From Octopus bimaculoides (lineage: Eukaryota), in NCBI RefSeq assembly GCF_001194135.2, contig NC_068989.1, positions 95,353,283 to 95,417,282 on the forward strand: 64,000 nt of DNA. The letters run 5' to 3'. Of the stretch, positions 25,151 through 36,411 are shown piece after piece; the stretch's first letter is position 1; the number at the start of each line of letters is the position of its first letter. The position numbers and the translations under genes were made by a program. The notes beneath the pieces were generated by a model that searched no databases, was not told where the DNA came from, and saw only the letters and a list, made by a program, of their open reading frames with translations.

Positions 25151-25392
25151 TATGTATATGTATGTATGTCTAATGAACCTTATAAATTTATAAATCTTAA
25201 GGGCTATTTATATTTGTCATGCAATCACTAAAGATTTTTAAAGCAGGATCTGACATATGTCCTATATTATTTAATAACTGTGTTACCTTTAAGAAACATT
25301 TTAAAATTATCTAAATGAAAATTTTGCTTCTCTTAAGCTTTCTTTCACCTCTGAGTTATTTGCAATGAGTGGAGGACAACAAAATCATAGCA

Positions 25393-25463
25393 CTGGTGTG
25401 CCATCCTAGTGTGCCATTCTGGTGTGCCATCCTGGTGTGCCATCCTGGTGTGCCATCCTGGTG
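25393..25463. repeat. 13-bp minisatellite (CTGGTGTGCCATC), about 5.5 copies
   Basis: Direct reading. Confidence 0.92.
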
Positions 25464-25760
25464 TTGTTGATCACTGTGGCGCAAAACATAACAACCAAAA
25501 ATACAAGTTTTACATGCCATATGGCAAATCTCTTGACCAAAATATAAACAAACTGTACAAATGAAAGAAGATTAAATTCTTATAACGTAGTTTATTTATA
25601 ATAATTTTATATGTGTGTGAATAAATAGATATATCGCATATCATCATCATCATTTATATATACATATTACATCATGTATATATATGTATATATATATATA
25701 TCCGTTGACTGAACACTATTCAATTTTTTTTCTCCGTGTTTTTCTCCTTGTCTCCGTATT

Positions 25761-25795
25761 CTTTCTGTTGAAGAGCGTAGCTCGAAACGTCAAAG
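25761..25795 (+). ncRNA. Minimal type I hammerhead ribozyme motif with variant core (CUGUUGA)
   Basis: CTTT-CTGTTGA-A-GAGC-GTA-GCTC-GAAA-C-GTC-AAAG: perfect stems I and II, GUC cleavage triplet, palindromic ACGT stem III. Confidence 0.6.
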
Positions 25796-25884
25796 ACTTT
25801 CCGTATTCCCGAGCGTCATACTAATATATACTTTTGTTATTTACACCACCTGTCCTCGTCTGTTGTTATTATTTGTATATTCTC

Positions 25885-25972
<88 letters not shown>

Positions 25973-26647
25973 ACAAATACATATATGTGTGTGTACATAT
26001 GTGTGTGTGTGTGTGTTGTGTGTGTGTGATGGGCTTCCACACAATTTCAATCAAATTCAACCCTCAAGGCAGTGACTTTTGTCAACTAGAAGATATAGCA
26101 GAGATACTTGCTTAAGGTGCCACTGCAAAGAAATCAACCACGGGCCTACATGTTTGGGGATCAAATAATGTGAGCCATGAACCTGTTCAGGCCTCTAAAC
26201 ATTCATTTGTCAACTTTGCTGACATTTGAGCCATTAAATATTCATTCCTTATCACGTTTTGGGATCTACACTGTAGGTGAACTGGCTGAGGGTATCTCAG
26301 TGCCTTTACCTTGAGGACGACAGTTCAGTTGTAATTGATAAGGCATTATGAAAATCTAGATTTGCCAGAAAGGCCAACTAATACATCCATCTGCTGAGCA
26401 ATTCGTTCATAAAGAAACAGCATTTATTCATGACTATAGTATCTGTTACTATCTGGAATTACCAGACACACAGAGTGACAATAAAAATATCAACTAAGAA
26501 ATTAATGAGTGTACAACAAAAGAATTCAGTGTAGCTTGGGGTCATCTCAGCAAGACTATTTTACATTGGGCTGTCTGTCTCCCCATCACCACCACTTCAA
26601 TCTCTCCTGAAGAGAGAGGGAGAGAGAGACAGACAGTGTTTGGCAGA

Positions 26648-26686
<39 letters not shown>

Positions 26687-27449
26687 TAAATACACACTGT
26701 CTCTTTCTTTCACCAAGAGCAAATGTAATCTACTAGAGTAAATCTATACAATATCACTTCTATCAGTTTAATCTAAACTATTTTCTGCTAATATATTCTG
26801 ATCAGACCCAGATAACACCAGTTTCCCTGCTGTTTCACTATTTTGTCATTTTCTCAGACTTTCATATTTTGATTCCTGAAAAATCAAAAATGTGAGGCCA
26901 CACAGGTGTGGTTAAGAAATTTATTTCCTAAGGTCTACAGTTTTTGGTTCCATCCTCATTGTGCTGTATTATGGGCAAGTTCCTTCTTCTATTGCCCCAG
27001 GGTGGCTGAGTGTAGTTGGTGGACAGAGATTTGGTAGGAGTTCATCATACAAACATCCATTTGAAACTCTCTTGTTCAAGTTTGTGATCATGGAATCAAT
27101 AACATAATTAGGATAATTAATGAACTTGAGGAGAGAAATGAAATAAGAACTGATACAGATTTCTCCCTAACGAGCATTGCTAGAATTTATTCATCAGAAG
27201 GACAAAATAATTTTAAAAAATGAACCAGTTCACTGAGAAGACAGTACATGGGTACTTGGCATGAAAAACACAAACCATACAAGGGGTTGATCCTGTCAAA
27301 AGCTTGACATGGAGTACAGACAAGCTTATTGACATCCCATTTTGAAGGCTACATCCATGCAATCTAAAAACAAGAGATCCCCACCAAGTACTTACTGCAA
27401 ATGAGGCAGAAAATGTTCACAGACAACAAATGTTCTCTACATGATTAGA

Positions 27450-27620
27450 GATCAGCAATTCTTGATGCAACTCTTCTCATTCCTATGCATTCCATGACAA
27501 CACCAGTGCAGTCTTCTCTCTTGCATTCTACATTTGATGCTACGTTTACCCAATTTTGCCTTCAGATCACTTATACACACTGACATTACCCATCCAGCGA
27601 AGCATGCTGGCTTCATTTCT
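27450..27620 (-). mobile_element. RTE-like LINE 3' coding remnant
   Basis: MQERRLHWCCHGMHRNEKSCIKNC resembles the RTE C-terminal RRLRWYGHVMR motif. Confidence 0.55.
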
Positions 27621-29013
27621 TGTGATGATGACGATGACAACAACGACGCCGATGATGACGACGACGACGACAATGACATCGATGACAAATTTCTGTTGGT
27701 TTTCTTTTATTTGTAGCCTAACTTTCCCTCTAACTGCAAATTTGAAAGCCACCTCTTTATATGACACTTGTAATTAGTTCTTTAGAGTAATTACAGTTGT
27801 GTTTGGAACCTAGAAATAAACAAAAAAAAAATGGAAAAATCAAAAACAATAAAAAATAATGGTGAGAGAGCAAATTGTGGAAAATCTGCTTCTTTCACAT
27901 TTGATTAGAAGTTTTATGAATAATTGAAATAATACAGGCCTANNNNNNNNNNNNNNNNNNNNNNNNNNNNNNNNNNNNNNNNNNNNNNNNNNNNNNNNNN
28001 NNNNNNNNNNNNNNNNNNNNNNNNNNNNNNNNNNNNNNNNNNNNNNNNNNNNNNNNNNNNNNNNNNNNNNNNNNNNNNNNNNNNNNNNNNNNNNNNNNNN
28101 NNNNNNNNNNNNNNNNNNNNNNNNNNNNNNNNNNNNNNNNNNNNNNNNNNNNNNNNNNNNNNNNNNNNNNNNNNNNNNNNNNNNNNNNNNNNNNNNNNNN
28201 NNNNNNNNNNNNNNNNNNNNNNNNNNNNNNNNNNNNNNNNNNNNNNNNNNNNNNNNNNNNNNNNNNNNNNNNNNNNNNNNNNNNNNNNNNNNNNNNNNNN
28301 NNNNNNNNNNNNNNNNNNNNNNNNNNNNNNNNNNNNNNNNNNNNNNNNNNNNNNNNNNNNNNNNNNNNNNNNNNNNNNNNNNNNNNNNNNNNNNNNNNNN
28401 NNNNNNNNNNNNNNNNNNNNNNNNNNNNNNNNNNNNNNNNNNNNNNNNNNNNNNNNNNNNNNNNNNNNNNNNNNNNNNNNNNNNNNNNNNNNNNNNNNNN
28501 NNNNNNNNNNNNNNNNNNNNNNNNNNNNNNNNNNNNNNNNNNNNNNNNNNNNNNNNNNNNNNNNNNNNNNNNNNNNNNNNNNNNNNNNNNNNNNNNNNNN
28601 NNNNNNNNNNNNNNNNNNNNNNNNNNNNNNNNNNNNNNNNNNNNNNNNNNNNNNNNNNNNNNNNNNNNTATATATATATATATATATACATTACATACAT
28701 ACATGCATATATATATATATATATATATATATAATTGAATAAATGATTGCATAATGAAGTGCCTGCATGCCTGGATAACTACGTTGGATAGAAACAATTG
28801 TAGTGACTGAAAAATAATAAATGTCCGATCGTACTCCTTCTTGTTGAGTCCAAGTTTTTTAAAGTTATCTTTTCACACATGACAGACGTCCAGACACAAA
28901 TCTGGAATTATGCATAATACTACTACTGGTTAGCAGAGGGCAAATCTGATGTAAATCTGATGGTGGACGAGCTTTATAATGCACTCTATTACATTCTTAA
29001 CAGAATATACCAC

Positions 29014-29117
<104 letters not shown>

Positions 29118-29431
29118 CTGTGTCTGTGCGTGTGCAATTTATTTATGACAGAATTTAAAAACTACTCATTGGAATTTGACGACAACAGTTGTACATGTGT
29201 GGTGTTTAAAAAATGTAAGGTTTTAAGCAATTGTAAACAAACCACCACCATTTGCATGATTTTCACAAACTTTCAGGGTTTCAAATTATTAGGGAGTGGT
29301 TTGATAATCATGTAATTATGGGCCGTAAATGTGATTAAACTGCTTCGGAGAAATCTCTTGTTACTTCTGAACTTGCAGAAGGTAAATCAACATTAGAAAT
29401 ATCTAAAATAATTGGAAGATATCATCAATCT

Positions 29432-30100
29432 GTGAAAAGATTTGTTACAGCTCCTATGAAGATATGTAAGAGAGTCAACAGGGGTCAGTCAGGGGCTGTT
29501 TCTCAACCTTCTATGTCAAGAATTAAGCATGAAACTATAAAGAAGCCAAGTCTTACAAGGGAAGAACTTTGCAGGTACATTGGCGAAACAACCATTTGTA
29601 GAACTACGCAATGTTGTCTTTTGAAAATATTCAGTAAACCAGTGACATCAGTTAAAAAGCCTCCTTTAAACAAAAAAATACATGCAAATCATCAAAATTA
29701 TGCTGCTTTAGCCTTTGATGGTGCATGTACCATGAGTGGAAACATTTCAGGCATACAAAAGAGATTAAAAGACATGTTTCCTAGTATGCATTTTGTACAC
29801 TGTGGAAACCAGTCTCTGGACCTTGTCCTCGAAGAAGTTGGATCTATGGTTGCGATGGTCACTGATGCATTGAACTTTGTTCACCAAATCACCATTCTTC
29901 TGAGAAATGTTATCATGTTGCAAGTCTGTATCTGTTGCATCAAGCGAGAGAATGTCCATCCCACATGGAGTCATCATTGTGACTCCAAGCCACAATGATG
30001 CAGCATCGTCCAACTCACTGTGCTGTAATGCATGAACATAAAATTTTGTGCAACACAAACACTTTGGACATCCTCTTGAAAAACCTCATTGCCAAAACGA
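29432..30100 (+). mobile_element. Decayed hAT-superfamily transposase fragment
   Basis: ALAFDGACTMSGNISGIQKRLKDMFPSMHFVHCGNQSLDLVL matches the hAT YDGASNMSG...GVQ..I....P...YVHCxxHxLNL segment. Confidence 0.72.
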
Positions 30101-30149
30101 GCGAGTATAGAAACATTTTTGAAGTGATTTGAAGTATTACTTTTCCATG

Positions 30150-30208
<59 letters not shown>

Positions 30209-30683
30209 TTATTATACCTGTGTTTGTTTTGATATTAAGATTGAAAAAAAAATTGGCCTTGTTTGTAAAGAAATTTGGACCTGTGTTTGCTCCCCTTAAG
30301 CAGATTTCGTTCCCAGGCCATTGACTGCATGGTTTCAAAGTGAACTATTAAATCGCACAGCCACGTCTGTCAGAAACCTACCTCTTACGCTAACACCACT
30401 CGTTGCAGTCAGCGAAGCATTAATAACAGCCAAGCATTGCTAGCAGCTGTTGAAGATGATTGATACCTTTCACTTGTAATGTTTTCTGCATTTAGACATT
30501 AAACAAGAAGAAGAAAAAAGAAAAACAGGAAAAAAAATATATTTTTTAAAAAAATAGCAAACCAAGAAGTGTTTCTCCTTCTAAGACCTAATTGGAGCAA
30601 AATGAAGGTGTGGGAGATATTAATAGATGTGATTGCCAGGAATGGACTGGCAAAAGAATTCAAAGACACACATCTTCCTAATG

Positions 30684-30888
30684 TGGCAATACTACTACTA
30701 CCACCACCACCACCACCACCGCCACGAAGAAGAAGAAGAAGAAGAAGAAGAAGAAGAAGAAGAAGAAGAAGAAGAAGAAGAAGAAGAAGAAGAAGAATAG
30801 CAAGCTTCCTACGCATGCAAGACTCCAAGAGTTCCAACAAAACCTGTGACAAAAAGAAATAATTATAATAATGATAATAATAATAATG

Positions 30889-30936
<48 letters not shown>
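30684..30936. repeat. Compound (TAC)n-(CAC)n-(GAA)n ... (TAA)n trinucleotide tract
   Basis: Direct reading. Confidence 0.95.
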
Positions 30937-30938
<2 letters not shown>

Positions 30939-31268
30939 GTTAGCTTGGGAAGTTAAGCAGAAAAGTCGAGAGATATGAGAAGTTGGGAAGTGAAGCAGTT
31001 GTGGTCAATGAAAAGGATAGCAATAGTACCAAATAATTGTCGGAGTCCTGGGAACAGTGAGCAAAAATCTCGAGAAGTACGTGGAACAAATAGGGGCTGC
31101 AATAAGAGTGGAACACTTGTAAAGAACAGCACTGCTTGGAACCACTCGAATACTCCGGAAGGTGCTCGAAAATTAAGAGGTGTTACTTTAGTTCACTGGT
31201 AGGGAACAGCTGACACTGTAGTACATCTCCAGTGTCAGAAGCTATGCAAAGGCAATAATAATAATAAC
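30937..31268 (+). mobile_element. 5'-truncated R4/Dong-like RLE retrotransposon, 3' end with UTR
   Basis: WEVKQLWSMK..IVGVLGTVSKNLEKYVEQIGAAIRVEHL*RTALLGTTRILRKVLEN* plus UTR and AAT tail, bounded by (TAA)n on both sides. Confidence 0.82.
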
Positions 31269-31297
31269 AAAATCAATATTAACAAGAAAGATCCTTT

Positions 31298-31450
31298 TTT
31301 CCTATAGACACAAGGCCTGAAATCATAGGGGAAGGCATTGGCTGATTACATCTACCCCAGTACATGACCGGTACTTATTCTATCAGCATTGAAAAGATGA
31401 AAGGTAAAATCAACCTCGGCAGAATTTGAACTCAGAGTGTAAAGATGAAC
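31298..31450 (-). mobile_element. SINE family B (partial)
   Basis: GATGAAAGGTAAAATCAACCTCGGCAGAATTTGAACTCAG. Confidence 0.78.
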
Positions 31451-31511
31451 AACATGTCAATAAACATTTTTCTCTGTCACACTAACAACCCTCATGGCTT
31501 TTGCTGTCTTA

Positions 31512-31549
<38 letters not shown>

Positions 31550-31552
<3 letters not shown>

Positions 31553-32260
31553 GCACTGTACAAGCAATTGAAAACGAATGAAACTGAAAATAGGTGGGTA
31601 AAGAAAAGAATGCATGGACAATTTCATAGGGATGTTGAAGAGAAGACAGACAAAGAAAAAAGATGGTAATACTTGAAATCACTTCAAAAAGAACCAATTG
31701 CATCTAATACAGAATAGACAACACAGCAGAAAGTGGTAAGTGCAGAATCTGTGGACAAAATGGTGAAACTGTATGGCATATTACCAGTCAATGTATGCCA
31801 CTAGCCCAGAAGGAATATAAGAGATGCCATGACAATATAGTAAGGCACTTTGCAACAAGCATGGACTTGACAGAGCAAAAAATTGGTGCGACCACAAACC
31901 TGAAGGCAACGTCAAAAATAGAAATGCAAAGATCCTATGGGATTTCATGATTCAGTGTGACCATGAGATAGAGAATAGGAAGCCAGACATAGTCTTAATT
32001 GAGAAAGAAAACAAACGCTACTGGATCATAGATATAGCATGCCCAGCTGACAACATGGTATGCAATAAGGAAGAAAGAAAAGTCGAGAGATACGACAGGT
32101 TAGCTTGGGAAGTTAAGCAGTTGTGGTCGATGAAAAAGGTAGTAGTAGTAACAATAATTGTCGGAGTCCTGGGAACAGTGAATAAAAATCTAGAGAAGTA
32201 CATGGAACAAATAGGGGCTGCAATAAGGGTGGAGCACTTGCAGAAAACAGCACTGCCTGC
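31550..32260 (+). mobile_element. R4/Dong-like non-LTR retrotransposon C-terminal fragment (CCHC knuckle plus PD-(D/E)xK endonuclease)
   Basis: MHGQFHR, CRICGQNGETVWHITSQC (Cx2Cx7Hx4C), KRCHDNIVR, KILWDFMIQCDHEIENRKPDIVLIEK..IIDIACP..KEERKVERY. Begins at the edge of an (AAT)n tract. Confidence 0.88.
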
Positions 32261-32560
32261 ACCATATACATATATATGTTGATATATATATATGTATATA
32301 TATGTTGATATATACATGTATATATATATATGTATATATACATATATACTTACACATTCCAAAGGGAAACAATATATATATATGATATATACATATGATA
32401 CTCACAATTTTGGGGGTAGAAGGACATGTGACCACCTGGCCCAGCACCAGGAGAAAGCTAATTAGAAGACTATAAATACAAACCATCAATGGAATTGTAA
32501 AATGGTTTAATTATTTCCAAAGATTTAACGTATTTAACATGTAATGAAGCATTATAGAAA

Positions 32561-32616
<56 letters not shown>

Positions 32617-32850
32617 TGTGTGTGTGTGTGTAAAAGATTGTGTGTTTGTGTTTGAATAATGTCTTTAATAGTTGATATAAAATAGTTCTAAGAAGCCATA
32701 AAGTTGTCAATTAGCTCAAAGCCTACTCGAAAATGCTAACAGTAGCACTGGAGCAGTAAAAGATACTTTGCCAGTTTGTCTTGGTTGTTTATTGGTTGAC
32801 CTAATTTAGATAATTTCTACTGGAACAACAGAAAAACAAAAAGAAAAGTG

Positions 32851-32896
<46 letters not shown>

Positions 32897-32955
32897 AATG
32901 TGAATCGCTGGCGATTTTTTTTCCCTCCGTTTTCCCTTCCCATTGGACTTTTTCT

Positions 32956-32990
32956 GTTTCTGAAGAAGAGCTTTGATCGAAACGTTAGAC
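32956..32990 (+). ncRNA. Minimal type I hammerhead ribozyme motif with intact core, in a Penelope-UTR-like repeat (about 32905-33070)
   Basis: GTTT-CTGAAGA-A-GAGC-TTT-GATC-GAAA-C-GTT-AGAC: CUGANGA and GAAA intact, stem I with one G-U pair, stem II with one mismatch, GUU triplet. Confidence 0.65.
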
Positions 32991-33436
32991 CACCTTTCTT
33001 TCCTTCCCTGAGCGTCTGCTAATATTTCGCATGTACCACATACTCAAGTTGTTGTTTTTTGTGTTTGTTCTTGTTCTTTTTTTACTTGCTACATACATAT
33101 TATAAATTATGAATTATTATGTGAAATAAACAGGAAAACAGTTTTCGTGCTACACTGTAAGGGTGAAATCCATTGTTAAAATGGGGAACACTACAGTTAT
33201 CAGCTAAAATTGAAATTATGACAAATTGGCTACTTTATAAATAGAGATAATTTTACCTCCCAGTTTTGTGACAGTTTTTCTGTGTGACAGTTTTGTTCAA
33301 TTGGATTCTGGAAGATGTGATTGCCTGCTTGGTTCATGCACTTTAGGCTTTGTGTAGGGCATTTGTGGAATTGTTTATGCTCCAGGAGTTCGATAGAACT
33401 ATTGTCAAATTTAAGATAATTTGTGTCACATCTGGG

Positions 33437-36411
33437 TCCAAAGTATCTACATTCCAAGGATCGACATCCAAGGTTCGACATCTTAGGTTCCACATTCCAA
33501 GATTCGATATCCAAGGACTAAATTCCAAGGTTCGACATTCCACGGTTCGACACTCCAAGGTTCAACATTTCAAGGTTCGTCATTCCAAGGTTCGACATCC
33601 AAGTTTCGAAATCCAAGGTTCGACATTCCAAGGTTTGTAACCCAAGGTTGAGCACTGAATTGATAGCCGAATTTTATGACATTCCAAGGATCGACATCGT
33701 AGGTTCAACATCCAAGGTTCGACATACAATGTTCGACATTCCATGGCGCGACATTTCAAGGTACGACATTCCAAGGTTCGACATTCCAAGGTTCGGCATT
33801 CAAAGGTTCGACATTAAAATGTTCGACATACTAAGGTTCGACATTCCAAGGTTTGCAACCCAACGTCGAACTCTGAATTGATAGACAAATTTTATGATAT
33901 TCCAGCGTTCGACATTCCAAGGTTCGACATACCAAAGTTAGACATTCCAAGGTTCGACATTCCAAAGTTCGTAATCCAAGGAATGCATTCCAGGATTCGA
34001 CATTCCAAGGTTCAACATTCTAAGGTTTGAAAACCAAGGTTAAAACTGAAAGGCTAGTCAAATGTTATGAAATTCCAAGGTTCGTAATTCCAAAGTACGA
34101 CATCCAAGGATCGATATTCCAAGGTTCGACATTCCAAGGTTTGATATTCCAAGGTTTGAAACCAAAGGTTAAACACTGAATAGCGAGACAAATTTTATGA
34201 CATTACAAGGTTCGACATGGCAAGGTTTGACATCCAATGTTCGACATTCCCTGGTTTGAAATGCAAGGTTCGATATTCCAAGGTTCGACATTCCAAGGTT
34301 CGACATTCCAAGGTTCGACCTTTAAGGTTCGACATTTCAAGGTTGGACATTCAAAGGATCGACATTCCAAGGTTGGACATTCCAAGGTTGGACATTCCAA
34401 GGTTGGACATTCCAAGGTTTGAAACCCAAGGTTGAACACTGAATTGCTAAACAAATTTTATGACGTTCCAAGATTCGATCCTTTCCATGTCGAGCCTTGG
34501 AATGTCGTACCTTGTATGTCGAACCTTGGATGTCGATCCTTCGATGTCGAAATTTGGAATGTCGAACTGTGGAATGTCGAATCTTGGTATGTCGGACCTT
34601 GGAATGACGAACCTTGGAATGTCGGGCCTTGAAATATCGAACCCTGGAATGTCGATCACCGTATGTCGAACATTGGATGTCGAACCTTGAAATGTCGAAC
34701 CTTCGAATATCGATCTTTTAAATGTCGAACCTTGGAATGTCAAACCTTGGATTGCCGAACCTTGATATGTCGAACGTTGAAATGTCGAAATTTGGAATGT
34801 TGTACCTTGGAATGTCGATCCTTGGAATATCGATCATTGGAATGTTGTCCTTGGAATCAAACCTTTGAATGTCGCACATTGGAATGTCGAACCTGGGATG
34901 TCGAACCATGGATTGTCGAACCTTGTAATATCGAAACTTTGAATTTCGAACCTTGGAACGTCAAATCTTGAACTATCGAACCTTGAAATTTCTAACTTTG
35001 GAACATCAAACCTTGGAATGTCGACCCTTAGAATGTAGTCCTTGGAATCTCAAACCTTGGATTGCCGAAACTTTGAATGTCGAAACTTGGAATGTAGTCC
35101 TTGGAATGTCAAACCTTGGAATGTCAGTGCTTGGAATGTAGAATTTGGAATCTCAAACCTTGGGATGTCGAATCTTAGAATGTCGAACCTTGAACTGTCG
35201 AACCTTGGAACGACAAACCTTGAAATGTTAAACCTTGGAATGTCGAACCTTGGAATGTCGAACCTTGGAAAGTCGTACCTTGAAATATCGAACCTTGGAA
35301 CGTCAAACCTTTGAATGTCAAACTTTGGAACGTAGTCCTTGGAATGTCTAACTTGGATTGCCGATCCTTGGAATGGAATACCTCGGAATGTAGAACCTTG
35401 GAATGCCGAAACTTGGAACGTAAAATCCTGGAATGTCGGACATTGGAATGTCGAACCTTGCAACGTCAAACCTTGAAATGTCGAACCTTGGAGTGTCGAA
35501 CCTTGGAATGTAGTCCTTGGAATATCAATCCTTGGAATGTCGAACCTTGCAACGGCAAACCTTGAAATGTCAAACCTTGGAATGTCAGACCTTGGAATGT
35601 AGACTTTGGAATGTCGAACCTTAGAATGTCGAACCTTCGAATATCGATCCTTGGAATGTAGTCCTTGGGTATCAAACTTTGAAATGTCGAACCTTGAAAT
35701 ATCGAACCTTGGAATGTCGAATCTTGGAATGTCGAACCTGGGATGTCGAACCTTGGAATGTCGGGCCTTGGAATGTCGGACTTTGGAATGTCGAACCTTG
35801 GATGTCGAATCTTGGTTTGTCGGACCTTGGAATAACGAACCTTGGAATGTCGGGCCTTGGAATATCGAACCTTGGAATGTCGAACCTGGGATGTCGAACC
35901 TTGGAATGTCAAACCTTGAAATGTCGATCTTTGGAATGTCGAAACCTGGAATGTCGAATCTTGGAACGTCAAAAACTGGAATGTCCGACCTTGGAATGTC
36001 GAACCTTGGAATGTAGTCCTTGGAATGTCAAGCCTTGGAACGTGAAACCTTGAAATGTCAAACCTCGGAATGTCGAACCTCGGAATGTCGAACCTTGGAA
36101 TGTCGAATTTGGAACGTCAAACCCTGGATTGTCGGGCCCTGTATTGTCGAACCTTGGAATGCCGAACCTTGAAATGTCGAACCTTAAAATGTCGAACCTT
36201 GAAATGTCGAACCATGGAATGTCGAACCTTGGAATGTCGAAACTTGGAATATCGATCCTTGGAACATCGAACCTGAGATGTTGAACCTTTGAATGTCGAA
36301 CTTTGGAATATTGATCCATGGAATGTCAAACCTCAGAATGTCGAACCTTGGAATGTCGAACCTTGGAATGTCGAACCTTGGAATATCGATCCTTGGAATG
36401 TAGTCCTTGGA
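33437..36411. repeat. Palindromic tandem array of a 15-mer (TTCCAAGGTTCGACA); possible foldback-type element
   Basis: Plus-orientation units at 33437-34478, reverse-orientation units (TGTCGAACCTTGGAA) at 34487-36411, orientation switch over about 8 nt. Confidence 0.95.

Noticed and set aside
33437-34478. CRISPR-like repeat-spacer appearance
   Set aside because: The inserts are copies of one sequence rather than unique spacers, the units are contiguous, no cas genes are present and the context is eukaryotic.
33437-36411. Heat-shock-element array
   Set aside because: Only one or two of every three pentamers fit nGAAn/nTTCn, so there is no contiguous alternating triplet in the consensus.
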